64,000 nucleotides of DNA from Candidatus Foliamicus sp. Lineage in GTDB: Bacteria > Pseudomonadota > Gammaproteobacteria > Steroidobacterales > Foliamicaceae. This document shows positions 46,527 to 54,732 of the stretch, one piece after another. The notes beneath the pieces were generated by a model. It did not search any database. It saw only the letters and a list, made by a program, of their open reading frames with translations, and had not been told where the DNA came from. The stretch lies in the NCBI GenBank assembly GCA_965238055.1, contig OZ250178.1:2841184-2905183 (forward strand). The letters run 5' to 3'. The first letter of the stretch is position 1; each line of letters starts with the position of its first letter. Made by a program: the position numbers and the translations under genes.

Positions 46527-47861
46527 TTAGTGGTTGACGGGGAGGTTTAGGGTGGAGCGGTCGATGATACGGCCGGCCTTGATGACCTCCACGATAGCTT
46601 TTGCGTTGTTGATGTCCTCGGCGGGGTTGGCGTCAAGGAGCACCATGTCGGCATGCTTGCCGAGCTCGATGGAGCCGAGTTCGTGCTCCAGGCCGAGGAA
46701 TACCGCGCCGTTCAACGTGGCGATGCGAATGATGTCGGCAGCCGAAATCCCGGCGTCCTGCAAAAGCTCCAGTTCCCGGTGCGCCGCGGGTCCGGAACTC
46801 TGGTCGGAGCCCGCGACCAGCACGCCACCGGCGGCATGAATCATACGCACGTTTTCCTGGGCGATTGTGGTCATGACCTTCATCCACCAGGTCCAGGGGC
46901 GTTCCTGGTATTCGGCCCGGGTGACCGTCTTGAGTATCTCGATTTCTTCCGAGGTCAGAGTGGCCCGGTATAACGCTTCGTCCAGGTACTCGGGATGCTC
47001 CGCCAGCCGCGAGTAGTTCTCGCCGATTGTGAGCGTAGTCACCATGGGGACGCGCTTGGCGGCCATAAGCCGGGCAAATTCTTCGGTGATCGGACCCTGA
47101 ATGATGGGATGCGCCAGCGTGTCCACGCCGGCGAAGATCGCCTGGCGAGCGCGCAATTCGCTGGAGGTGTGAACGGTAGTGCGGATGCCCCGGTCGTTGT
47201 AATACTCGACGATCAGTTGCATCAGGTCGACCGGAAGGCGAGGGATGGTCGGCCGGGAGCCCCAGCCGCGCTCCTCGTAAGTGAGCTTGAGTACGTCGGG
47301 CTCGCGCGCGATATGCGCGTCCAGCAACGGCTTGGCTTCCGGCCAGTCGTCAACCAGCGTGGCGCCGGCGGAGCTACCGTGGCTGCCCGGGTAGGTCACG
47401 ATTCCTCCAGTTGCGAAAATACGGGGGCTTGTAATTTCTCCCGCGCGTTCCTGTTTCCTTAGTTCCAGAATGAAGTCCGGGTTATTTCCGGCGTCGTACA
47501 GCGTGGTCACCCCACTGTAGAGGTAGCCATGTAGCGCCTGAAGGCCCTCTTCGAAATCGTGCGACGGCGGTTCCTGCAATCCTTCGGGAGCAGCCCGCAC
47601 GCCGCCGCGCAGGTGGATGTGCATGTCAACCATTCCCGGCATCAGGTAGCGCCCCTCCCCATTGAGTGTTACCGCGCCCTCCGGGGCATTCAGCGGCGCA
47701 TTGTCGACCGCGGTGATACGCCCGTCCTCCACGGCAATCCATGCCCCGGCAATCGCCGGCGCGCCGGTGCCGTCGAGCAGCGTGACGTTTTCGATCAGCA
47801 GATTCTGGGCGCCGGCAGTGGAGGCGGTGGCAAGGGACAGGAGCAGCGCAGCGCAGCGCAA
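46527..47861 (-). CDS. amidohydrolase-family metallo-hydrolase, secreted (start uncertain)
   Basis: NVTLLDGTG..., LMPGMVDMHIHL (HxH), and C-terminal GSIELGKHADMVLLDANP. The in-frame TTG at 47861 gives the signal MRCAALLLSLATASTAGA. The listed ATG at 47939 would translate a REP copy. Confidence 0.85.
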   Translation of the reverse strand: MRCAALLLSLATASTAGAQNLLIENVTLLDGTGAPAIAGAWIAVEDGRITAVDNAPLNAPEGAVTLNGEGRYLMPGMVDMHIHLRGGVRAAPEGLQEPPSHDFEEGLQALHGYLYSGVTTLYDAGNNPDFILELRKQERAGEITSPRIFATGGIVTYPGSHGSSAGATLVDDWPEAKPLLDAHIAREPDVLKLTYEERGWGSRPTIPRLPVDLMQLIVEYYNDRGIRTTVHTSSELRARQAIFAGVDTLAHPIIQGPITEEFARLMAAKRVPMVTTLTIGENYSRLAEHPEYLDEALYRATLTSEEIEILKTVTRAEYQERPWTWWMKVMTTIAQENVRMIHAAGGVLVAGSDQSSGPAAHRELELLQDAGISAADIIRIATLNGAVFLGLEHELGSIELGKHADMVLLDANPAEDINNAKAIVEVIKAGRIIDRSTLNLPVNH

Positions 47862-47891
47862 TCTTGAAAAACTGGTTCTCGTGCGCGCTTT

Positions 47892-47921
47892 GTCGAGGGC
47901 GGGGACGCCCTCGCTCCCGGG
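47892..47921. repeat. REP-like repeat unit (GTCGAGGGCGGGGACGCCCTCGCTCCCGGG)
   Basis: Variant of the family, sitting between the two tandem amidohydrolase genes if the TTG start is used. Confidence 0.75.
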
Positions 47922-47941
47922 GTTATTAATGCAAGTCATAT

Positions 47942-49300
47942 CTAGTGCTCCGGGTGTTTGAATACGATGCCATCGCGCATTACAACGTGTACTTCCAGCA
48001 CCGCCTGAATGTCGTCGAGTGGATTGGCTGGCATCGCGACCAGGTCGGCCGCCATGCCGGGCTGCAAGGCGCCGGTAAGATCGGCAATGCCCGCTGCGTC
48101 GGCAGCGTTAACGGTGCCCGCCATCAAGGCCTGCATGGGCGTCATTCCGGCGTTGACATACTCGATGAACTCATTGGCGTTCTCACCGTGCGGCGAGACG
48201 GCGGAATCCGTGCCCAGTGCGACCTTGACGCCCATGCTGTGGGCCAGAGCAACCATGTCCTTGGGCTGACGGCCCAGTGCCAGCAATTTCGCCATGATGG
48301 GCGGAGGCAAGTCACCGAAGGGCCCGGCCTTCATCTTCTCGGGGGTGTCGCCTACGGCGGTGATCGGGTACACCGTGGGCACCATCCACGCGTCCTTCTC
48401 CAGAAACAGTTCCATGGTGCGTTCGTCGGCCCACATGGAATGCTCGATGGAGTCGAAGCCGGCTCGCAAGGCTGCTTCTATACCTTCCTTCGCGTGTGCG
48501 TGCGCGGTGACCTTGCGGCCCAGGGCATGAGCGGTCTCCGCGATCGCATTGAGTTCTTCCTGGGTGAACTGCTGGCCGGTGCCGGTTGCGGTCTCGCTCA
48601 GCACGCCCCCGGTGGCCGTTACCTTGATGACGTCGGCGCCACGCTTGACCATCTGCCGCACAGCGCGCCGGCAGTCGTCGGGGCCGTCGCAGGTGCCCAG
48701 AGCGGGCAGGGCGGCAAGCACTTCAGTGCGATACCCGTGAATATCACCGTGGCCGCCACTCGGTGTGATCGCCTGGCCTGCCGCCAGGATGCGAGGTCCG
48801 GGAACCAGGCCGTCACGCACAGCGTCACGCAGCGCAAAGATCGCCTCGCCTCGCGCGCCCAGGTCCCGCACAGTCGTAAAGCCGGCGTCCAGCGTCCAGC
48901 GCGCGTACTGTGAGCCCTGCAGTGCAAAGTACGAGTCCGGGCGGGTGACATAGTCCACCTTGCGGGCGCCGCCGGACTGCGAGAGCAGGTGCACATGCAG
49001 GTCGATAAAGCCGGGCATCACAAAGTAGTCTCGCAAATCCAGCACCATGGCCGGGGCGTCAGCTTTGGCTTCCACCCATCCGTCTTCGACCGCCACTACC
49101 CGGCCATTCCGGATCACAATGGTCTGCTGTTTGGTTACCGGTCCGCCAGGAGTAGCCAGCAGCGTGCCGGCTTGCACCAGGGTGTAGCCGGCAAACGTCC
49201 GGTAATCGGGCGGTCGGTCGTAGTCGGCGGCGGAAAGCGTCCCTGCGGCCGCAAGGCAAGCGGCCGCAACCGTGAATATTGCGCGGATGTGGCTTTGCAT
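47942..49300 (-). CDS. amidohydrolase-family metallo-hydrolase, secreted
   Basis: Signal MQSHIRAIFTVAAACLAAAGTLSA. VMPGFIDLHVHL, ...KVTAHAH..., and C-terminal GALQPGMAADLVAMPANPL. Confidence 0.88.
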   Translation of the reverse strand: MQSHIRAIFTVAAACLAAAGTLSAADYDRPPDYRTFAGYTLVQAGTLLATPGGPVTKQQTIVIRNGRVVAVEDGWVEAKADAPAMVLDLRDYFVMPGFIDLHVHLLSQSGGARKVDYVTRPDSYFALQGSQYARWTLDAGFTTVRDLGARGEAIFALRDAVRDGLVPGPRILAAGQAITPSGGHGDIHGYRTEVLAALPALGTCDGPDDCRRAVRQMVKRGADVIKVTATGGVLSETATGTGQQFTQEELNAIAETAHALGRKVTAHAHAKEGIEAALRAGFDSIEHSMWADERTMELFLEKDAWMVPTVYPITAVGDTPEKMKAGPFGDLPPPIMAKLLALGRQPKDMVALAHSMGVKVALGTDSAVSPHGENANEFIEYVNAGMTPMQALMAGTVNAADAAGIADLTGALQPGMAADLVAMPANPLDDIQAVLEVHVVMRDGIVFKHPEH

Positions 49301-49464
49301 GGAGCCCTCCTCAAGAATTTTGGGTCAGTGTAGCAGCCTTTCCGAATTGGATTTTGCGGCGAGTACTGAGGCCCCGACGGGCAAAGTGGGCCAATTCCCG
49401 CTGCTCAAAAATCCACCAGCTGCGTGCTAGAATCATTGTCCTTTCTAACGGGAGAAATACTGCC

Positions 49465-51894
49465 ATGAGGCTTCGTCTATCAATTCTGGGAGCCGCGGCG
49501 CTGACGCTGGTTGCGGTTCCGTCCCTGGCTCAGGACACCGGCGGTACGCTGGAGGAAATCGTCGTTACGGCCCGTAAGTTCGGCGCCGAGCGTCTTCAGG
49601 ACGTGCCTATTTCGGTGACCGCGATTACCGAAGAAACACTGCGGGACATGCAAGTGCTCGACTTCGAAGATTTCGCCTACCAGGTGCCAGGCCTCACCTT
49701 CCTCGACACAGGCCCCGGACAGCGCCGCTACGTGATGCGCGGAATTCAGTCGGCGGGGCAGCAGCAGGTGGCGGTGTATTACGACGAAGTACCTCTACCG
49801 GGTGTTCAAAGTGCAAGTTCCAACAGCGGTTCGCAGACCACCGATCTCAAGCTGTTCGACATGGAGCGGATTGAAGCATTGCGTGGGCCGCAAGGCACCA
49901 CCTATGGCGCAAATTCACAAAGCGGCACGATGCGCTTTATTACCGCCAAACCGGATCTTGATGCGTTCAGCGCCACGCTGGGCGGTCAACTGGGACAGAC
50001 CTCGCACTCCAACGACTACAACTGGAGTGGGCACGGTGTGTTCAACATTCCCCTTTCCGACGTCATGGGAATGCGCCTGGTAGCGTACAACGTCGAAGAT
50101 GCGGGCTGGCTGGAGAATAATCGCTGCCGCCCGGTCAATGCAGCGGAAGATCCGCGCGATCCAGGCGTCGAGCTGGCCTGCCTGAACCTTCAGGATTTCA
50201 ATTACGTGGACACAAGAGGACTTCGTGCGAATTTCCTGTGGCGGCCGAGCGACACGTTCTCACTCACCGCCCAGTACTGGTGGCAGGACCGCTACCTGGC
50301 CGGAGACAACCGGTATCATCCGTACGACACGTACGATGAGCGGGGCGTTAGTGATAACGCCGATAACGATAATGTTGCCGGCTTTACGCATTTTCACACC
50401 GGCGAATTCCTGGTTGGAGACTATGCTCAAACCTTCAAGCCGGACGAGCAACAGATTTTCAGCCTGACCGGCGACTGGGACTTGGGATTCGCAACCCTGA
50501 CCGCGACTGCATCCCGTTACGAGCGGGATTTCGAGTTCAAGTTCGATTCCACCTGGATCATCACTTTTCTTTACGAAAACAACAGCAGCGATGCATTCAA
50601 CTTCTTTACCGAGCGCGCCGACCTGATCTATGCGCTTACCGACCAGCGCCAGAGCCTGGATCAAGACGCTATCGAGGTACGCCTTACGTCGGCCGGGGAT
50701 AGTGCGCTGCAGTGGGTTGGCGGAGTATTCTGGCGTGAGCGGAACACCGACTTCCAGAGTTTTGTGCCGGTGATCAACTCAGACGGCCTGACCTACGACC
50801 CGGGCACGCCGTTTACGATTCCCCCGACCAGCAATCCCGGCGCGGGTATTCCCGGCTGTCATCCCTGCGTTTTTGCGCGTTTCGCTGACAAGAACATCGC
50901 TGAGAATGCGGTCTTCGCCGACGCAAGTTATCAGCTGAATGAGCAATGGGAGCTGGGCGTGGGCGTGCGCTGGTTCAAGGTGGAGCAGTTCGAGATTGGC
51001 GACACCGTCTTCAATTTCGCGGCCTTTGCGCCCAACCCGCCTGACGGTCGTACCGACGATCTCGAAATCGACGATGATGAAATCACCACCAAGGTCGTGC
51101 TCCGCTGGCAGCCGAACGAAAGGTTGACCCTGTACGGGACACGCTCAGAGGGCTTTCGACTGGGCGGTACCAATAATCCCGGCATCATCAACAATCCGGC
51201 ATCGGCCGAGGCGGGCGTGCCGCCCCTGTTCGAAGCCGACAAGGTCACCAGTTACGAAGTGGGCATGAAGTCGCAGTGGATGGAAGGCGCAGTGCAGTGG
51301 AACAACGCGGCTTTCTTCATGCAATGGGAAAACCTGCAGGTGGACGGAGACGATCCTACCGGAGCATTTGGATTCATCGGTAACGCAGGTGAGGCCGAAG
51401 TGACAGGTATAGAGACCGAACTTATTGGCCGCTTCGGAAACCTGGATCTCACCGCGGCCTTGACCTATCTCGGCAAGCGGGAGCTTACCGAAGATCAGGT
51501 TTCCGAGTCCGTACTTGCGCCCGGCAAGGCCGGCGACGATATTCCGCAGATTCCCGAGCTGACCGCCAGTTTCATGGCGCAATACAACTTCCAACCGCCC
51601 ATCACCGGCTGGGACGCCTTCGTTCGTTTGGAAGGCAGTCACAAGGGAAGTTCCTGGACCCAGTTGCGGCCCGACGCAGGAAACAATCGTTTCAAAGACT
51701 CCTACGCGTTGTTCAACGCCCGTCTGGGTTTCCGCAACGAGGAAAGGGCATTGGACGTTCAATTGTTCCTGGAGAACATTGCCGACGAAGCTCCGGATAT
51801 CGCGATAGGCACCGGTGGCGGGCAGCCTACCAGCAAGATCACCAGCCGTCCGCGCACGATCGGCCTGGCGGTAACGCAGGCGTTCGGCGGCTAA
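49465..51894 (+). CDS. TonB-dependent receptor
   Basis: ATG at 49465. Signal MRLRLSILGAAALTLVAVPSLAQ, TonB-box/plug (LEEIVVTARK...IEALRGPQGTTYGANSQSGTMRF), beta-barrel, and a C-terminal aromatic (...GLAVTQAFGG). Confidence 0.92.
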   Translation: MRLRLSILGAAALTLVAVPSLAQDTGGTLEEIVVTARKFGAERLQDVPISVTAITEETLRDMQVLDFEDFAYQVPGLTFLDTGPGQRRYVMRGIQSAGQQQVAVYYDEVPLPGVQSASSNSGSQTTDLKLFDMERIEALRGPQGTTYGANSQSGTMRFITAKPDLDAFSATLGGQLGQTSHSNDYNWSGHGVFNIPLSDVMGMRLVAYNVEDAGWLENNRCRPVNAAEDPRDPGVELACLNLQDFNYVDTRGLRANFLWRPSDTFSLTAQYWWQDRYLAGDNRYHPYDTYDERGVSDNADNDNVAGFTHFHTGEFLVGDYAQTFKPDEQQIFSLTGDWDLGFATLTATASRYERDFEFKFDSTWIITFLYENNSSDAFNFFTERADLIYALTDQRQSLDQDAIEVRLTSAGDSALQWVGGVFWRERNTDFQSFVPVINSDGLTYDPGTPFTIPPTSNPGAGIPGCHPCVFARFADKNIAENAVFADASYQLNEQWELGVGVRWFKVEQFEIGDTVFNFAAFAPNPPDGRTDDLEIDDDEITTKVVLRWQPNERLTLYGTRSEGFRLGGTNNPGIINNPASAEAGVPPLFEADKVTSYEVGMKSQWMEGAVQWNNAAFFMQWENLQVDGDDPTGAFGFIGNAGEAEVTGIETELIGRFGNLDLTAALTYLGKRELTEDQVSESVLAPGKAGDDIPQIPELTASFMAQYNFQPPITGWDAFVRLEGSHKGSSWTQLRPDAGNNRFKDSYALFNARLGFRNEERALDVQLFLENIADEAPDIAIGTGGGQPTSKITSRPRTIGLAVTQAFGG

Positions 51895-51930
51895 ACGAGT
51901 TCATCCCCTTTTCGAGGAGGGGAGTCCTCT

Positions 51931-52010
51931 ATCGCTCCCCCCTCAAAGGGAGAGCGACCTCCCCCCTCAAAGGGAGAGCGACCTCCCCCCGCAAAGGGGG
52001 AGCGACCTCC
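51931..52010. repeat. 24-bp tandem direct repeat, ~3.3 copies (unit GCGACCTCCCCCCTCAAAGGGAGA)
   Basis: GCGACCT recurs at 51954, 51978 and 52002 (period 24). A degenerate first copy starts at about 51931. Sits between the TBDR stop and the NSS transporter start. Confidence 0.8.
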
Positions 52011-52042
52011 CTCTGTAACGGAGGGAGTGGCATCTTTTGCCC

Positions 52043-53407
52043 ATGACGACTGAAACCTGGTCATCCACGCGTGGCTTCCTCATGGCCTCGGTGGGCGCGG
52101 CTGTCGGCCTGGGCAACCTGTGGCGCTTCCCCTACATTGCCGGCAGCAACGGCGGCAGCGCATTCGTGCTGGTGTACATGGGCTGGGTGCTGGCGCTGGG
52201 ACTGCCGCTGGTAATCGGTGAATTGGCCCTGGGACGGCGCGGCGGACTCAATGCCGTACACACGATGCGCGAAGTCGCGCTCAGGGAAGGGCGAAGCAGC
52301 GGCTGGGTAGTGGTCGGGTGGCTTTCCATCCTGGTCCCGCTGGTGGGGATCACCTACTACAGCATCGTTGCCGGCTGGTCTTTGAACTACACCGTGCTGG
52401 CGGCCCAGGGAAGTTTCCGGGGAATCACAGCGCAGGGATCGCAAGAACTGTTCGGCGAACTGTTGTCCAGCCCGTTGCGGATGATGTTCTGGCACGGTCT
52501 GTTCATCGCTGTCGTGGTGGCCGTGATTGCCGCCGGCGTGCGCCGAGGACTCGAGTTGGCGAGCAAGCTGATGATGCCGGGCCTGTTCGTCCTGCTGGTC
52601 CTGCTGGTGATCTGGGCGGCCATTGCCGGCGATTTTCGCCAGGGCATGTCGTTCCTGTTCAGCGCGGATTTCTCGGCACTCACTATGGACGGCGTCCTGA
52701 TGGCGCTGGGCCAGGCGCTCTTTTCGCTGGCGATCGGCGTGGGCATGCTGATCACCTACGGCGCCTATGTCCCCAGGAACGTATCGCTGCCAAGGGCCGG
52801 GGCGATTATTGCCGGCGCCGACTCGCTCGTAGCCCTGCTGGCGGGCATGGCCATTTTCCCGGTGGTGTTCTCAGTGGGCCTGGAGGCGAACAGCGGTCCG
52901 GGCCTGATTTTCGAGACCCTGCCCGTGGCCTTTGCGGGGATGCCGGGCGGGGTCGTGCTGGGGACGCTGTTCTTTGTAATGCTCAGCCTGGCCGCAATCA
53001 CCACCGGATTCGGAATGATCGAGCCTGCAGTGGCCTGGATGTCGCGCAGCACGTCACTGTCGCGTCCTGTCAGCACCGTGGTTGTCGGCCTCCTGACCTG
53101 GTTGGTGGGGCTGATCTTTGTATTTTCCTTCAATGTGTGGGGCGACCTGAGACCTCTGGGCGGTGTCTTCAGCGAAATGGGACTGTTTCAGCTCGTGGAT
53201 TTCCTGGTGGCGAATGTGCTGTTACCGGTCAACGCCTTGCTGTTGGCGGCTTTCCTGGGCTATTTCTGGGCGCTGAAGTCCGCTTCTTCGGAGACTGGAT
53301 TGAGTGGTTCCCTGCTGCGAGTCTGGCGGGTGCTGCTCTGGTTGGCGCCGATCCTCATTCTGCTCGTTCTCTGGGGTCTGTTGAGAGATTTCCTGCCCGG
53401 CGCATAA
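52043..53407 (+). CDS. sodium-dependent transporter, neurotransmitter:sodium symporter (NSS/SNF) family
   Basis: WSSTRGFLMASVGAAVGLGNLWRFPYIAGSNGGSAFVLVY is the NSS signature; multi-TM throughout. Start is ATG 52043 (TTG 52037 listed). Confidence 0.92.
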   Translation: MTTETWSSTRGFLMASVGAAVGLGNLWRFPYIAGSNGGSAFVLVYMGWVLALGLPLVIGELALGRRGGLNAVHTMREVALREGRSSGWVVVGWLSILVPLVGITYYSIVAGWSLNYTVLAAQGSFRGITAQGSQELFGELLSSPLRMMFWHGLFIAVVVAVIAAGVRRGLELASKLMMPGLFVLLVLLVIWAAIAGDFRQGMSFLFSADFSALTMDGVLMALGQALFSLAIGVGMLITYGAYVPRNVSLPRAGAIIAGADSLVALLAGMAIFPVVFSVGLEANSGPGLIFETLPVAFAGMPGGVVLGTLFFVMLSLAAITTGFGMIEPAVAWMSRSTSLSRPVSTVVVGLLTWLVGLIFVFSFNVWGDLRPLGGVFSEMGLFQLVDFLVANVLLPVNALLLAAFLGYFWALKSASSETGLSGSLLRVWRVLLWLAPILILLVLWGLLRDFLPGA

Positions 53408-53433
53408 GACGGCTTTGTTAAACTTGCCTCCCA

Positions 53434-53746
53434 GCCCGGGTGGCGAAATTAGGTATACGCAGGGGACTTGATATTGAGCGCCGGTTGGGAAACCGCCGGA
53501 TGCACCAGGAGTCAAATTCGGGGAAACCTCAGCACCTAAGGTGGTGGCAATCCCGAGCTAAGCCCCGTTACGGGGAAAGTGTAGAGACTTGACGGCTCCG
53601 GCCTACGTCGCCGCCAGGCGATAGGGCAGAGGGAAAGTCCAGACCCCAAAAGGAGCGCACGGCGCATCCTGCGGCGAAAGTCGTAGAGGGTAAGAAAATC
53701 CCCCGGAGGAAACTCCGTGCCGGTTCGAGTCCGGCCCCGGGCACCG
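53434..53746 (+). tRNA. tRNA-Leu (anticodon UAA) interrupted by a group I intron between U34 and A35
   Basis: 5' exon is 53434-53469 (GCCCGGGTGGCGAAATTAGGTATACGCAGGGGACTT). 3' exon is 53695-53743 (AAAATCCCCCGGAGGAAACTCCGTGCCGGTTCGAGTCCGGCCCCGGGCA), then CC. Joined, they give a class II tRNA: acceptor GCCCGGG/CCCGGGC, anticodon stem GGGGA/TCCCC, loop CTTAAAA, long variable arm CGGAG-GAAA-CTCCG, T-arm GCCGG-TTCGAGT-CCGGC. Confidence 0.85.
53470..53694 (+). ncRNA. group I intron (IC3-like, no ORF), ~225 nt
   Basis: The exon ends in U; CUU can pair with the intron GAG at 53476-53478 to form P1 with a U-G wobble. The intron ends in G (53694). Core blocks GTCAAATTCGGGGAAACCTCAGC (53511-) and GTGTAGAGACTTGACGG (53579-53595) closely resemble the P3/P4 and P7 regions of the Azoarcus tRNA-Ile intron as I remember it. 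Confidence 0.8.
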
Positions 53747-53753
53747 TACTGCG

Positions 53754-53882
53754 GGGCAAGGCAAACTGACGGTCAAAAAGGTCCGGGTGATTAATGAACC
53801 GGGCTTGTACGGCGACGGCAATACCCTGTACTTGAGAGTGGCGTCCGGCGGATCCAAGCAATGGGTCCAGCGGCTCACCATC
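53754..53882 (+). pseudogene. 5' fragment (~43 codons) of a P4-type tyrosine integrase (arm-binding domain), no start codon, truncated
   Basis: GQGKLTVKKVRVINEPGLYGDGNTLYLRVASGGSKQWVQRLTI matches the usual ..KLT...V......G.y.DG.gLyL.V...GSK.W..R pattern. It starts within ~10 nt of the tRNA 3' end, and similarity stops at about 53882. Confidence 0.6.
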
Positions 53883-54450
53883 GCACGCAGCGTATCTCGC
53901 CCAGCCTGCATCCGGTCAGCAGGAGCAACCGCACCGCCGCAACGCAGACCGGGCTTTCCGCTTCGCACAGGGGCAGGATCGCGCCGAGCCTCGCAAGGTC
54001 GACCGCGCCGAGCAGCCGCCCGCGCGGCGGTCGCCGGTAGCGGACGATGCCCCTGCGTGGGTTCCCGGCAGCTTCGGGCTGATGGCCCTACGCGATGGCG
54101 CGGTCGAACATGTTGCGCAGTATGTCATGACTTCGATTCGCGCCGCCCGGCTTTCTGCGTCCATATTCGTGGAAGAAGCGGGCAATATCGGCGCACACGG
54201 CCGATCCGACGCGGAGATGGCCGAGCGCGAACAAATATCCAGCACCGCACGGCATGCGCGTAGCTTTCCCGCGTCGCCAGCTTCGCGTGTTCCGAGCGTC
54301 TGCCTAACAACGGAGCCGTTGCAGCGCCGATGCCGGATCCACGTCTTGCGCCCGTCCGGTCGCGGCCCCAGATTGAGCGCATCTATCCTGGCAACGGTGT
54401 TTTTCACGCTCCCGTAGCCTGCCCGGGCAAACGCCGCTATCATATGACCA
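53878..54450 (-). pseudogene. decayed tyrosine integrase (N-terminal half only): frameshift, in-frame TAG, 3' truncation
   Basis: One frame reads ...RPDGRKTWIRHRRCNGSVVRQTLGTRE... A second frame reads ...LGHLRVGSAVCADIARFFHEYGRRKPGGANRSHDILRNMFDRAIA*GHQPEAAGNPRRGIVRYRRPPRGRLLGAVDLARLGAILPLCEAESPVCVAAVRLLLLTGCRLGEIRCVRW. The TAG at 54088-54090 sits where Trp is expected. The catalytic domain beyond the first Arg is missing. Confidence 0.6.
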
Positions 54451-54459
54451 GTTTCATGA

Positions 54460-54714
<255 letters not shown>

Positions 54715-54732
54715 TACCGGCCGTCATCTCGA

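Noticed and set aside
51931-52010. Possible CRISPR array
   Set aside because: The repeats are contiguous with a 24-bp period and no spacers. There are only ~3 copies and no cas genes.
52318-53421. 367-aa + strand ORF in an alternative frame of the NSS transporter gene
   Set aside because: Arg/Gly/Pro-rich shadow frame. The transporter frame carries the NSS signature and continuous TM helices.
53434-53746. Possible tmRNA or other tRNA-like structured RNA (tRNA-like 3' end with a long internal segment)
   Set aside because: The 5' end is a complete tRNA-Leu 5' half rather than a tmRNA acceptor strand. No tag-peptide reading frame or resume codon context was found. The insert has group I intron core blocks and canonical U / G splice-site nucleotides.
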